Assembly: GCA_964016885.1 (NCBI GenBank)
Contig: OZ024743.1
Location: 126,790,001 to 126,854,000, forward strand
Length of the DNA stretch: 64,000 nt
Direction: 5' to 3'
DNA from: Eledone cirrhosa
Taxonomy: Eukaryota
This document shows positions 27,407 through 41,009 of this stretch, one piece after another. The notes below the pieces were generated by a model. It had not been told where the DNA came from. It did no database searches and saw nothing but the letters and a program-made list of their open reading frames with translations. The first letter of the stretch is position 1. Each line of letters begins with the position of its first letter. The position numbers were made by a program, and so were the translations under genes.

Positions 27407-27626
27407 AAGAAAGTGAGAGAAAGAGCGGAGAGAGAGAGAGAGGGGGGAGAGTAACACACACACTCATAAATTGGCTGGTGAGTCTTTTTATACTGGAATT
27501 TCACTTGTTTACTTACAAGATCATCAACTTGTCTGATCATCCAGTGAGAACATGGAAAACTCAAGAGTAACAAAACTCATCACTTAGCCATAATGAATAT
27601 TTAAACTCTACTTCGCTATTGAGTAC

Positions 27627-27716
<90 letters not shown>

Positions 27717-27772
27717 GCTTTTCAAAAATAACCAGATTAGAGCAAACATCACGGGCGCTCTATCTCAAAATT

Positions 27773-27810
27773 ATTTTTGAAAAGCATTAGAAATGCGCAA
27801 CCGGTAAAAC
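27773..27810 (+). ncRNA. Degenerate minimal hammerhead, U3-A8 core
   Basis: ttt-TTGAAAA-gcatt-aga-aatgc-GCAA-ccgg-TA-aaa (GAAA mutated to GCAA); 18 bp inverted copy at 27714-27731. Confidence 0.45.
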
Positions 27811-28392
27811 TTAAAACCAAAACTGAATACTAACCAATACTATTACTAATTTTTACTTATTCCTAATTAAACTATTTTTCACTGGGAGCAATTTGTCAGC
27901 ATTTTCTTTTCCGTTTACCAATATATATATATATATATATCGTCAAGTATGAAATTTGTAGAAATTTTTTTTTCTTCAAATTTCTACAAATTTCATACTT
28001 GATGACCTAATAATATATATATACGTCCACTCCGATTTATGGCAGAACGGAATCCCTGTTGATGAAATGAATCCTCTATTCGATCATGGAATACTACGAG
28101 CGTGCCTGTTACGTAAGTTGGATAACTGATTTCGGATTCATAGAAACACTTTAAAGATATATCGTTTGATTTGTCCAGGTGTATCTTTTTAACCTGTTAG
28201 TTCTTTCGTTACTTTGGTATTGTGTGGTTGGGTTTTGCCTACCGCAATGTTCAATTTGTCAAGCTATTTAAACGTATGTTATTACTCTAAGGACCTACCC
28301 TTATTGAGTGCTTTGCTAACTCATTCCTATTGTAGGTCGACTTTGCTTGCCCACAGCCAAAGCTTTGATTTTACTAAGCTTCCACTTATATC

Positions 28393-29346
28393 TATATATT
28401 AATTTCAACAATGTCATTATTCCGTGTGTCATAATTCTCGATTATCATTGGTTCATAGGTTTCAAACGACTCCGCCCACCTCAACGACGCCAAACTTAAA
28501 TTAATATGCATAATGCCAATGAGGGAGTGAGAGGGGAGAGAGAGGCAAAGTGAACATGTGTGTGGAAATAAGAGGGGAAGGAAAGCAATAACTATTAACA
28601 TGTGTGCGTGTGTATGTACGTGGGCGTATGTTTGTGTGTGCGCGTGCGTGCACGTTCCACAGAAAGTAAAAACTATCAGCATGTGTGAGTGTGTGCGTGT
28701 GTGTAAGTTTGCGTGCGTGTGCGCGTTTCCATGCGTGTATGTGTGTGTACGTGCGGCATCCCACAATCGCCACGCAGTTTATCTGTCTGTGTGCCTGTTT
28801 GTTAGTCTAACATACACAGAGTTGTGAAGGGAGCAAATAGGGACCTTTTTCTTAACATTGACGGACATCTTTTATATTAATTATCTATATCTACATATAA
28901 TATAAAAGATTGGAACTTCCATCATCCTTTTGAGAAACCTGGACCAACCACGTCTATGCAATGATACACGTTTTACAGTTAGGCAGAAGATGAACCATCT
29001 CCTAGAAGTCACTATTCTAGGTGGGAGCACCTAGAATTGTTCATATACTATGCACAAATGGTACAACGAAGAATCTGGTATATCTGGAAGATTTTTTTTT
29101 ACTGTTTTTTTGTATCACACGGACACCACGGACTCGCCTCATACTGTCACCAGACAAACATCCAATACAGTCATTTTCTCTTTTACCTGTCTTCTTTTAT
29201 CATCTGTTTACCCGGGCGAAGCTGGGTACGTCAGCTAGTGCATATTTATTTCAGTTTGGTGTCGTTGAGGTGGGCGGAGTCGTTTGAAACCTATGAACCA
29301 ATGATAATCGAGAATTATGACACACAGAATACTGACGTTCTTGAAA

Positions 29347-29354
<8 letters not shown>
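28393..29354. mobile_element. MITE/fold-back element with ~103 bp terminal inverted repeats
   Basis: 28393-28496 is the reverse complement of 29253-29354 with a few mismatches; TA at both ends. Confidence 0.75.
28890..29238 (+). mobile_element. Non-autonomous Helitron nested in the TIR element
   Basis: A|TC start (tctacatataatataaaa), subterminal hairpin cccgggcgaagctggg, CTAG|T end. Confidence 0.65.
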
Positions 29355-29388
<34 letters not shown>

Positions 29389-29389
29389 T

Positions 29390-29531
29390 ATAACAAAGAA
29401 GGTGTGATAAGATACCAGGTAGACCATAACGCACCAGAGTACTCAATACTTAGGGTAGTAGAGTGGGTAATAGTTCGGATCTAGCTGTAGAAACGGCTGG
29501 AGTTCAGCCGTCGGTGTCTTGACTCTTTTCC

Positions 29532-29535
<4 letters not shown>
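29390..29535. mobile_element. Family A insertion with non-overlapping inversion (twin-priming geometry)
   Basis: An antisense 3' part to 29473 is joined to a sense piece gaaacggctggagttcagccgtc...ttcctat. Confidence 0.7.
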
Positions 29536-29628
<93 letters not shown>

Positions 29629-29829
29629 GTATATATATATATATATAGAGAGAGAGAGATACTTTAACTTTAATTATATCTCATAAAATAATACAACTGG
29701 TTTTTCCACATTATACATATTGTTAGCACCCTAAACACTTAAATTGGGTTTATATTTTAATATAACCTAATGTTTGTTGAGTGAGATGGTTACCAGTCAG
29801 AGTTTAGCTTTAAACTATCTCTGTTATTG

Positions 29830-29871
<42 letters not shown>

Positions 29872-30025
29872 GTAGGTCCTGGGTTGAGTCGGGGATAACC
29901 ACAGTAAGTAAGGTACTCAATACATGGCAGAGTAAAATGTTTTTATTTTATAGAAGGAGCTTCTACAGGACTAGTACTGTTTCATTCAATAGTAATTCCT
30001 ATTGAATTACTACGTATATTACTAC

Positions 30026-30107
<82 letters not shown>

Positions 30108-30343
30108 ATATATATATACATGCAAAATCGTTTGTAAGTCGGATTTAAAATGCTTCGGTATTTGTTCTGGTTCACTGCGCTTTGAGTTCAAACCATGCCG
30201 AGGACAACTTTGTTTTTCATCCTTTCGAGATCAATGAATGAAGTACCAGTCCAGTGTTTGGTTCGATTCTTTCTCTGGAGAGGGATACCTCGGACAGTGC
30301 CTCTACTTATGTGTATGTATGTGTGTGTGTCTGCGTATATGTT

Positions 30344-30432
<89 letters not shown>

Positions 30433-30693
30433 TTTGTGTAATATACACATATACGTGAAGGTATTTTTATGTGTGTGGGTATAAGTAGCATATATTACGT
30501 ATGCAATTAGAGTCTACTACGTAAGTAATCAGGGTGTATTGCTTATGTAATTAGGGGGTACCATGATTATATATTAAGAGTACTATATATGCAATTACGG
30601 TGTACAGCGTAATTAAGGTCTACAGCGTACTACTAATCCTACGGCTTCCGGTAAGTGACATTAATAAAGAAATACATTGCCATAATTATGATT

Positions 30694-30845
30694 TTATGTT
30701 ATATTATATTATATTATATTACGTTCTCTTATATTATATTATATTATATTATATTATATTATATTATATTATATTATATTACGTTCTATTATATTATATT
30801 ATATTATATTATATTATATTATATTATATTATATTATATTACGTT
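30694..30845. repeat. (ATATT)n array with 60 bp period
   Basis: acgttct recurs at 30721, 30781 and 30841. Confidence 0.9.
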
Positions 30846-31168
30846 CTGAGTTCAAATCCCGCCGAGGTAAACTTTGCTTTTTATCCTTACGGGGTCAATA
30901 AAATAAAGTACCATAATGGACTGGGATAATTGCTGGCCTTGTGCCAAAAGTAGAAACAATTTATTATTATATTATAATGGGCGGGGGGTTGGCAGTATAA
31001 GAAGAGCATCAGACACCATGCTTTGCAGCATAGAGTTATAGCCCTTTACGTTCTGAGTTCAAATCTCGCCGAGGTTAACTTTGCCTTTCATCCTTACGGA
31101 GTCGATAAAATTAGTACCAGTAATGCACTGGGATAATTGCTGGCCTTGTGCCAAAAGTAGAAACAATT
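30841..31168 (+). mobile_element. Two tandem family 1 SINEs (30841-30960 headless; 30985-31168)
   Basis: gagttcaaatc B box, ttgcctttcatccttacgg core, gtagaaacaat tail. Confidence 0.85.
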
Positions 31169-31179
31169 ATATTATATTG

Positions 31180-31216
<37 letters not shown>

Positions 31217-31489
31217 CACACACTCATTTGTTAGTGTAGAATATCTCTAGAGATGAATAAGAACAGTGTTTTATGTGGAGAGTCAGACAATACAAGAATG
31301 GAATGCAAGGAATTTTTCGGAATGTCATAGCATTATGATGAATGTACAACGAGTTTATTGTGGAAAAGGAGCCGTGTCATAGTTGCGAATAGAGGAATAA
31401 GGAGACGGAAGAAAGAGAGGGAGTGTGTGTGTGTGTGAGAAAGAGAGAGGGGAGTGTGTAGTATATATTGGTTCTACAGTGACATACTA

Positions 31490-32222
31490 AGCACTCTAGT
31501 ATACTGCACTATAATGCGCCGCATTGCACTACATGCGCCGCATTGCACTACATAGTGTAATGCATTGCATTACACTACATTAAACTGCACTACATTGTAT
31601 TAAATTGCACTGCACTCCATTATAGAGCACTACACTGCACTAAATAACTCTACATTGTACTACATTACATTATAGTACATATCATTGCACTATATTGTAC
31701 CTCATTACACTAAACTGTACTACACTGCACTGCATGGCACTACATTGCACTACATTATATTACACTGCACTGCATTGCACTACACTGCATTATATAGCAC
31801 TATGTTGCATGACATTCCGCTAGATGGCACTACACTGCACTACATTGCGCGACATTACATTATACCGCACTATATTGTACTATATCACACTACATTGTAC
31901 TACATAGCCCTACATTGTACGATATTACACTACACTGCATTGTACAACACTGCACTACATTGCACTGCACAGCACTGCACTACGCTGTACTACATTGCAC
32001 TACATTACACTACACTGCACTGCACTGCATTGTACTACATTGCACTACATTGTAGTGCACTTACACTGCACTACATTACACTAAACTACCCTTCACTATA
32101 CGGCACTACACGGCACTACACTGCACTACATTGCACTAAACTGTTGCACATTGCACTACACTACATTACACTGCACTACACTGTACTACATAGCACTCTA
32201 TGGTACAGTATTGTATTGTACT
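31490..32222. repeat. Degenerate pentanucleotide satellite (CTACA/TTGCA/CTGCA)n
   Basis: Seen directly. Confidence 0.9.
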
Positions 32223-32296
32223 GTCTCGTTCTGCTCTTTATTGTTAAACAGTTATCAGGTCTTCCCACTGCATATAATTATATAGATATGCAGTCA

Positions 32297-32984
32297 TCTA
32301 TATATATAAAGCTGTGGTTGTCTGTCTGTCTATCGATTTTTGGCACACATCTCCTCTTAGAATCTCTGACGGAATTGCACCGAAATTGCTATACTTGTAT
32401 ATTGAGCCCTAGCGAAGACATCGGAAAAAAAATATTTCAAATTGACCCACCCTATGTGACGAAATCGAATCTAATGTATCAATTTTTGAGCGTAAGTGAC
32501 GAGTTATTTCCCTTTGTTCTGTTTACATTGAGCGTCTTACGTTCTGTTTACATTTTCTGCGTGCAAAAATTAAAAAAATTACGCTGGCTTTCTCAGCGTT
32601 TAAAATGACATTAACACAATACACGAACAGTTGTCGAGCCAGCAAAATTTTGACCTGCAAAATTCATCAGTTCGAACACTAAGTTTCCGTTTTGCTTCAT
32701 TTCCATTTAAAAGCCTTTTAAAACAATATTTTTACTTGAAAACAAGTCTATTTAAAGACTACGTAAAACAAGCAAATATTTCCTCTTTTGTTATAACATT
32801 CGGGTTATCGTTATGTTTTCTTAACTTCATAAGGCATATTGTTGGTTGAGGGAATATTAATCAAAAACACCACATGCAAGTCTGCACAGTAGACACTACA
32901 GTGTTTAAGCCAAAAAAGAAACTTAACATTGTAACTTTAACACAGCTACTGAGCGTCCCGAGCAACGCCGGGCTTTACTGCTAG
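32297..32984 (+). mobile_element. Non-autonomous Helitron
   Basis: A|TCTATATATATAAA start with (GTCT)n, subterminal hairpin cccgagcaacgccggg, CTAG|T end, no TSD. Confidence 0.8.
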
Positions 32985-33036
32985 TATATCTATAAAGTAT
33001 TTGTAAATGTATGTGCATATAATATATGTGTTCGCA

Positions 33037-33156
<120 letters not shown>

Positions 33157-33295
33157 TACGTGCGCGCGTGCATCTATAAAATAATTCATCCATATATATA
33201 TATATATATACTCTTTTACTCTTTTACCTGTTTCAGCCATCCGGCCGAGGCCATGCTGGGGCACCGCCCTTATATATTTATATATATATTTATTT

Positions 33296-33330
<35 letters not shown>

Positions 33331-33362
33331 TTATTTTATATATATATATTTATATATATATT

Positions 33363-33409
<47 letters not shown>

Positions 33410-33503
33410 AAATAAATATGGGTGCCTCATGTTTCATTTGCAACCGAGAAGCTGGTTTTAAATGGTTGACTTCAATTACATATAGTTAATCTGAAGTTAG
33501 CAG

Positions 33504-33589
<86 letters not shown>

Positions 33590-33593
<4 letters not shown>

Positions 33594-34120
33594 CGGATAA
33601 ATGGTGCTAAGTCGAAACCATTTAATATGAGTGTCAGACTCCGCCAAGGATGCGTACCGTTACCTCACGTGTTCATAAACTTCATAAACAGGATTGAAAT
33701 GTGCAGCCGGGTTGGAATTGGTATCAAACCGGTGGGTGTAGAATCAGTCGGCTGGAATTTGCAGACATGATGCTACTTAACTTGTCAGAAGGTGACCTAT
33801 GGTCATAAATCTTGAGGAATGACCGAAGACCGAAGAATACAATCGAGAGTACAAGCCGAAATGGGGTTCCTTCGAAGGGTCTTTGGAGCAATGATACTCG
33901 ATAGAGCGTCTAACTTGGAGATCAGGGAGTCGCTCTGGGTAGAGCCACTACTTCTCCGAATCGAAGATCACAGCTCCGATTCTACGGACATGTGATTAGA
34001 ATGTTTTAGGAAAGAACCACTGGACAAATTATAGGAACAAAGCTAATCGGTTGCAGTTCAGAGATAGACCCTAAGCATGATGGTTGGATAACTTTCATTT
34101 GCTCAGTTGGTCTCGCTCAG
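33590..34120 (+). mobile_element. RTE-clade (Rex3/Expander-like) LINE fragment with internal deletion
   Basis: INGAKSKPF..LRQGCV, AEMGFLRRV, EPLLLRIE; same family as 39853-40866. Confidence 0.8.
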
Positions 34121-34584
34121 TGTAAAGATATAAAAGTCTACAAAATCAAACTAGGTGAACTTTGCTTTAGGTTTACACGGATTTAGCAAACCACGTGTGG
34201 ACTTTGAAATACAGGAATATGGTTGATACCACTTCCTTTGGAACCTTTTCAACTTAATTCAAAGTCTTCAAAAATATACACTTCACTATCCAAGTATTCT
34301 TCTACTATACAGCTGCTCTGTTCTACAGAAGTAATAACTCAACGAGCAAAAGAGTTGTCACCCATTGTTTGGCTCTTGCATTTTTTCTCTCACAGATACC
34401 GTACTTTTTCGTGGTTTATCGCAGACTATCAATCCTCCATACTGTAAAGACATTTAGGTCTGAGGAAACGCTACTTCAAGGACAGTGTATATACACATCA
34501 TTAAAGTGTGAGTTTCGCATGAAACTAGCAGGTAAACTAAATAATATGTACAATATATTTGTGTATAATAAACATGCATATAAA

Positions 34585-34827
34585 GGCACGTGTCTTAGTG
34601 GTTAGGGTGTTCGGCTTACGATCGTAGGGCCACGTGTTCGATTCCCGGAGGTGTGTTATGCTCTCGAGGAAGACACTATACTTTACGTTGCTTCGGTCCA
34701 CTCAGCTGCAGAGAATAAATTGTATCTGTAATTCAAAGTGCCAGCCTTGTTACACACTGTGTCAGGCTGAATCTCCCTGAGAATTACGTTAAGAGTGCAC
34801 ATGTTTGTGTTATAATCAGCCACTCGC
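34585..34827 (+). mobile_element. tRNA-derived SINE (family 2)
   Basis: tagtggttag A box, gttcgattccc B box; copies at 38320 and 41010. Confidence 0.8.
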
Positions 34828-34857
34828 TGGGAATATGTTGTGTTATGATATGTAGAA

Positions 34858-35284
34858 ATGTTGATAGGTCTTGACTGTGTTAATTGGACGACAAGGTCAC
34901 TTCAGAAGCTCTCTATAATCCAGAACCACATCATGAGACTTATGACTGGCAAGCGGCTCAATGGCCGTATTTGTATTAGTGAGCTGTTCTACAGTACCAA
35001 ACTTAGACCAATTACATCAATTGTCAAGTCAAGAGTACTCAAACTATACGGCCATATACAAAGATCAACTCATGGTGTGAGTAGATTATGCCTGGAAGGA
35101 AGGTTGGCTGGTAAGAGAAGCAGAGGCCGGCAGCCAAAACGATGGCTTGACAATGTCATCTTATGGACTGGACTTGATCTTTGCTCTTTGAACTCTGCTG
35201 CTGGTGATCGAACTTTGCGGAGAGAGATATCATATGTTAATGCGCAGTCCGCAACTGGCGGAGTTTAGCGTCACAAGAAGAAGT
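34858..35284 (+). mobile_element. 3' fragment of an RTE-like LINE with (AAG)n tail
   Basis: LKLYGHIQR..LEGRLAGKRSRGRQPKRWLDNV C-terminal motif. Confidence 0.75.
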
Positions 35285-35334
35285 TTGTGTAAGTGACCAT
35301 TTCTAATAGTTTTGACTTAGCTGCTGTCTTATCT

Positions 35335-35742
35335 GTGACAGTTTTGTCATAAGTGCTGTCTAATCTCTGATACTTCTGTCATAACTACTCTCTCCTTTCT
35401 GACACTTCTGCCACAACTACCGTCTCATCTACGATACTTTTGTCATAGCTTCTATCTCATTTCTGACACCTCTGCCACAACTACCGTCTCATCTACATCA
35501 GTTCTGTCCTAGCTTCTATCTCATCTATGACACTTCTGCCATAGCTACCGTCTCATCTACGACACTTCTGTCCTAGCTTCTGTCTCATCTACGACACTTC
35601 CGTCATAGCTTCTATCCCATCTATGATATTTCTGTCACAACTACCGTCTCATCTACATCAGTTCTGTCCTAGCTTCTATCTCATCTATGACACCTCTGCC
35701 ATAGCTACTGTCATATCTATGGTAGCTCTGTCATAGCAACTG
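35335..35742. repeat. ~32 bp minisatellite
   Basis: gacacttctgtcatagcttctatctcatctac-like units, about 12 copies. Confidence 0.85.
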
Positions 35743-35997
35743 TTTCTCTAGAGCAAGTGATAATGGTGACCAGCGAAATATTGTTTTATCAACGACAGTT
35801 CTGTTATAGCTAGTGTGTCATTAGTGCTGCCATATGAAGGAAGCAATCAACAGTGTCAACATAGAAGAACTTCACGTGTTTATTATAGAATGTCAAATTT
35901 CAGATTGCACTTTCATTCCACTTGATTGTCAAATATACTATACTGAGTAAATAACAGCAGGCGGAAGTAGATAGACACACACACGCGCACGCGCGCG

Positions 35998-36083
<86 letters not shown>

Positions 36084-36089
<6 letters not shown>

Positions 36090-36162
36090 GTCCCAAAAAA
36101 TGTTTAACACACTTCAACTGCATTCTAATAAAAGTGTGTATACATTTTTTGGAAACACCTTG
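36084..36162. mobile_element. ~78 bp Tc1/mariner-type mini-MITE
   Basis: TIR ggtgtcccaaaa / ttttggaaacacc; second copy at 62709. Confidence 0.6.
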
Positions 36163-36189
36163 AGTGTATATATATATATAAGAGAGAGA

Positions 36190-36231
<42 letters not shown>

Positions 36232-36387
36232 GAGAGAGAGAGTACCCATGGCCGTCACAGACCCTCTGGTACCAATAGGATTGATACTGTTAATGTTCCA
36301 CTTAAACTGTTGACGTCTGCAGGGAAAGACGTGACAGGGAGATGGAGTGTGTGTCCAATTAGAACAACTAGAGGCCTTAGGCTTGAG

Positions 36388-37240
36388 CAGAGTTGCTCTA
36401 AGTGGGCGCTACCGCCCTCCGGTGGGGCGTTGAGAAAGTCCAGGGGGCGCTAGGGCTAAGGTGGGGGTGGGGGTTTGGGACCGGGCGATAGAGATGATAT
36501 AATAGTATAATAGTATATTAAATATCAAATGATACATATATGTAAATATAGAAAATAAAAAAATATATATATATTTATACATAATATATATTATATTATT
36601 TATTATATATGAATTAACGATTTTATTTATTATATATTTGCCTCTCAGACCAAAAATGAAATCAAAATATAGGACAGATAATGAAAAGCGAAGACAAATT
36701 CATTTACGAAACAATAATACAAGCAAATATTGTTGATTGCATTGGTCAGGCGAAAAAATGTTTGTCAGAGAAGTTGAGTGTTGCTATAAGGAATAAAATA
36801 GAACCCCCATTAGGGTGTCTTAATATTATTGAAATTTGCTGAAATTTGTCATTTACCTATGGTTTGAATTTCATATAAATCGAAGGGAAAAAGTTTTCAG
36901 CGGGGGTTTGAGCCCCCGGGGAATCCTTTGATGAAAATGAAATATACTTATCCAAGTACCCTGGGCAATGTAGTTCCCCCGAGGAACCCTTTGATTAAAA
37001 TGAAATATACGTAAGAAATCAAATAGGCATGAGCCCCACACACGTGTCAAGTTTCATCAAGATCAGTTTGGTAGTTTTTGAGTTTTAGGTTCACAAACAA
37101 ACAGACATAAATTGTCATTTATGTATATAGATTATTTACAATTTACGTGCAGGCAGGTCTCTCTGGAAATAGGGTTGGGAGGGTATTTCGTGGCCGTAAG
37201 GGGAAGGGGAGGGGGAGCCCCAAAATTTTGAGAACCTCTG
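36388..37240. mobile_element. hAT MITE with a Helitron-like fragment inside (~36950-37131, minus)
   Basis: TIR cagagttgctctaa / ttgagaacctctg; 8 bp TSD ggcttgag/ggctagag. Confidence 0.7.
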
Positions 37241-38319
37241 GGCTAGAGAATAGGGAGGGAAAGACACAGCACCTGCTTGCAAGAGATTTAATTAAAATTA
37301 AAAGTGCCTGAATGTAAACCTATACATAGAACGATGCTAAAACCCCAGCATCGTCTCATGCGGACCCCTAAAACAGAGGTAATACCTTAAGAAAAAGAAG
37401 TGCGTGTAGTAACCATTATAATACAAAGTGAAGTCAAATTTGTCTTCGACCCTTTCGATGTAAAGAAGTTACCAGTCAAATATTGGTGTCGATTCTTCTC
37501 CACCCCCACCACATTTATATCTGCTTTCTCTAGAAGAAATCGACTGTTCCGACCAGGGTAAGGGTGCTATGAGGCGCCCCTATGGCTTCATAAAGAGTTC
37601 AGGTCCTAATGATATTCTAAATGTTGACAATGATATCGTGTTTCATAGCTATATTTTGATATGCATTTTAATATATATTGAAAACGTGACTTCCGCGGGA
37701 TATTTAGCCTATATATAGATCCGGTACTGGATGGATAAATTCCAGAAGACTGACGTTCTGTGGCAGAAGGACTGGGTGTCATCGTTTTCATCTACCAATA
37801 GCTGTAAACATTTAGAACTTTGAAATTTCTTTCAATCTCTTGTAATGCAATGTTCGAAAGATCGATAGATGATCCTTCGAATCCGGCCTATTTCAAATAG
37901 TGTGTCACGTGTATGAAGAAGAGCCAAGGAAGAAGGTAGAGAGGGGGGAGGGGAGGCAGAAAGGGGAGGGGGCAGAAAGGGAGGGGGAGGTTAATTGGAA
38001 CGGAGAGGTGCGATTAAAGTTTGTGTTCGATGCTGCTAAATCTGCAACAGTTGCAGATCGGAAAACATAGCTCAGTGATTTTAAAAGTGGGGCACAAATG
38101 GGAGCATTTATTGAATATTGGAGATAGGTGGGGGGGGGGGGGGTATTTAAATATTGAATGGAGAGAGGCAATTTAAATATTGGATAGGGGGGAGGGGTGG
38201 GTCAATTTGAATATTGGATGGGCGGGAAGGGTAGTTTAAATAAGTTAACATTACATCTTTTGAACTATGGGTTATATCACGAACACAGCGTATTCCCAGT
38301 GAGGGTCCGAGTATACCAC

Positions 38320-38535
38320 AAACACGTGTACTCTTAACGTAATTCTCAGGGAGATCCAGCGTGACATAGTGAATAACAAGGCTGATATTACAGGTACAAC
38401 TTATTCTCATCAGCTGAGTGAGTTGAAGCAACGTAAAATATTATGTCTTCATCAAGAGCATAACACACCCCCGGGAATTGAACACGTGACCTTACGATCG
38501 TAAGTCGAACACACTAATCAGTAAGCTACATGCTT
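38320..38535 (-). mobile_element. tRNA-derived SINE (family 2)
   Basis: Reverse complement match to 34585-34827. Confidence 0.75.
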
Positions 38536-38698
38536 TCTCATATACCTTTATTATACACAAACATATTGTATAATGTATATGGGTTTGTATACATCTTATA
38601 TGTTTTAACATCAAATATGTTTTTGTATTGAGGTGTGTAGGGAGATGTTGTAGGGGGCTTGGAGCAAAAACAATTATGTACCACTGGTGTTGTTGCTG

Positions 38699-38889
38699 CA
38701 TCCATCCATCCGTCCGTCCATCCGTCCATCCATCCATCCATCCGTCCGTCCATCCGTCCGTCCATCCATCCGTCCGTCCATCCATCCATCCATCCATCCA
38801 TCCGTCCGTCCATCCGTCCATCCGTCCATCCATCCATCCGTCCGTCCATCCATCCATCCGTCCATCCGTCCATCCGTCCATCCATCCGT

Positions 38890-38925
<36 letters not shown>

Positions 38926-39175
38926 CCATCCGTCCGTCCATCCATCCATCCGTCCATCCGTCCATCCGTCCATCCATCCATCCATCCGTCCATCCATCCA
39001 TCCATCCATCCGTCCGTCCATCCATCCATCCGTCCATCCATCCATCCACCCGTCCATCCATCCGTCCATCCATCCGTCCATCCATCCATCCATCCATCCA
39101 TCCATCCATCCATCCGTCCGTCCATCCATCCATCCGTCCATCCATCCACCCGTCCATCCATCCATCCATCCGTCT
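38699..39175. repeat. (CCAT/CCGT)n microsatellite
   Basis: Seen directly. Confidence 0.95.
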
Positions 39176-39273
39176 ACCCATCAGACCATTGTTATTTCCC
39201 CACCAACCCTCAACCAAATACAATGATTCCATCTTATCTTACACTCCTTACCACATACACATACACTGGCAAG

Positions 39274-39343
<70 letters not shown>

Positions 39344-39384
39344 ACAAAGACCTCCGGTCATCAAACTGTAACGGAAGTTCTGTG

Positions 39385-39850
39385 TAATTGTTTCTACTTT
39401 TTTGGCACAAGGCCAGCAATTACCCAGTGTATTACTGGTACTTTATTTTATCGACCCCGTAAGGATGAAAGGCAAAGTCAACCTCGGCGGGATTTGAACT
39501 CAGATCGTAAAGGGACGTAACTATGCTGGAAATCATGGCGTCCGACCCTCTACCGATACTGCCAATCCACCAAATAACACCATGTCGTCTGCAAATTCCA
39601 GTCGATTTTACACCCACCAGTCATGATACTTCCAACCCGGTTGCGCATGTCAATTTTGTTCATGTTAATAATTGTTTCCACTTTTGGCACAAGGCCAGCA
39701 TTTATCCCAGTGTATTACTGGTACTTTATTTTATCGACCCCGTAAGAATGAAAGGCAAAGTTAACCTCGGCGGGATTTGAACTCAGACCATAAAGGGACA
39801 TAACTCTTTGCAATAAAGCATGGCGTCTGACCCTCTACCGATACTACAGA
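39385..39850 (-). mobile_element. Two family 1 SINEs (39385-39570, 39670-39850)
   Basis: Reverse complement of 19875-20055. Confidence 0.85.
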
Positions 39851-39852
39851 TC

Positions 39853-40866
39853 CACGGTCCTTTTTCATGTTAATAATGAACAGGAGAGGTGACAGTACGG
39901 ACTCTTGGCAGACGGAGTTCGACTCCCACATTGAATGGTTTCGATTTAGCACCATTTATCCGAACACAAATACTTGGGCATTCGTATAGAGGCAGCAGGG
40001 CAGAAGGAGCTGACCATTGATCCCATACTCCTGCAGAACCTTCCACAGCAGTTCCAGATATGGTGTTACTTAACTCGACAGAAGGTGATCTCCGACTTGC
40101 ATTCGATAGATTTGATGCCGAGTGCTATATGGTTCGAATAGAAATCAGTGCTGCGAAAACTAAGATACTCGTCCTCTCAAGGAAGCCTGCGCAGTGCACT
40201 CTACGTGTGAATGGAGTTCCACTGAAGCAGGTAGAGACGTCAAGTATCTCAGGGCTATGTTCAGGAGTGATGGAAGGCACGAGGCTGAATTAAGTGCAAT
40301 AATTTCAGGAGCTGGTGCAGCAATATGCCAGCTTCAGCATTCAGTAATCAGAAGGGAGGTAGGTATAAAAGCCAAACTCACTATCTTCAACTCAGTATTC
40401 GTGCCAACCTTTACCTATGGTAATAAATCTTGAGTAATGATCGAAAGAATATGATCGCGAATACAAGCGACCAAGGGTCTTTGGAGTAACGTTACTTGAT
40501 AGAGTGCGTAGCTCGGAGATCAGAGAGTCACTCCATGTAGAGGCGCTACTTCTCCAAATTGAGAGATCATAGCTCTGATACTATGGGCACGTGGTTAGAA
40601 TGTCTCAGGGAAGAATCGCTGGACAGATTTTACGGACAAACCCAACCGGTAGGAGAGCCAGCGGGAGACCCCGAGCAAGATAGTTGGATAACATCCATGA
40701 GCTTGGCTTGTCTCGCTTGGGGATCCAGCCAGATCAGTTGGAAACAGTTGCTTCTGATAGGACCCGTTGGATGGAGTGTTTGAGGACTCTGCACCCACGA
40801 CCCTCCCAGGATAAAGTGGGAGAAGAAGAAGAAGAAGAAGAAGAAGAAGAAGAAGAAGAAGAAGAA
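39853..40866 (+). mobile_element. RTE-clade LINE 3' fragment with 5' inversion and (GAA)n tail
   Basis: 39853-40037 encodes LWKVLQEYGI..INGAKSKPF on the minus strand. 40038 onward continues the RT C-terminus on plus (KYL.., GHVVRM, GRPR). Confidence 0.85.
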
Positions 40867-41009
40867 AGTAGTGGTTACATATAAATATTGTTTTACTATG
40901 ACAACACTGTAGTGATCTTGTCTAGGCTATCGAAGAGTGCCAATGTGGTTACTGAACCTGCTAGAAGTAGAAGCCAAATCTCCCTCAACACATTGTAACC
41001 TTAAAGTAG

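Noticed and set aside
27943-28105. 25 bp hairpin and TTGATGA motifs as further hammerheads
   Set aside because: The hairpin is real, but no GAAA and stem arrangement could be assigned with confidence.
31685-32608. 307 aa ORF
   Set aside because: Pentamer satellite read-through into a non-coding Helitron; no Rep/helicase motifs.
37690-37822. Possible host exon or mariner transposase N-terminal remnant (IRYWMDKFQKT)
   Set aside because: Too short and ambiguous; no TIRs, catalytic domain or convincing splice pair.
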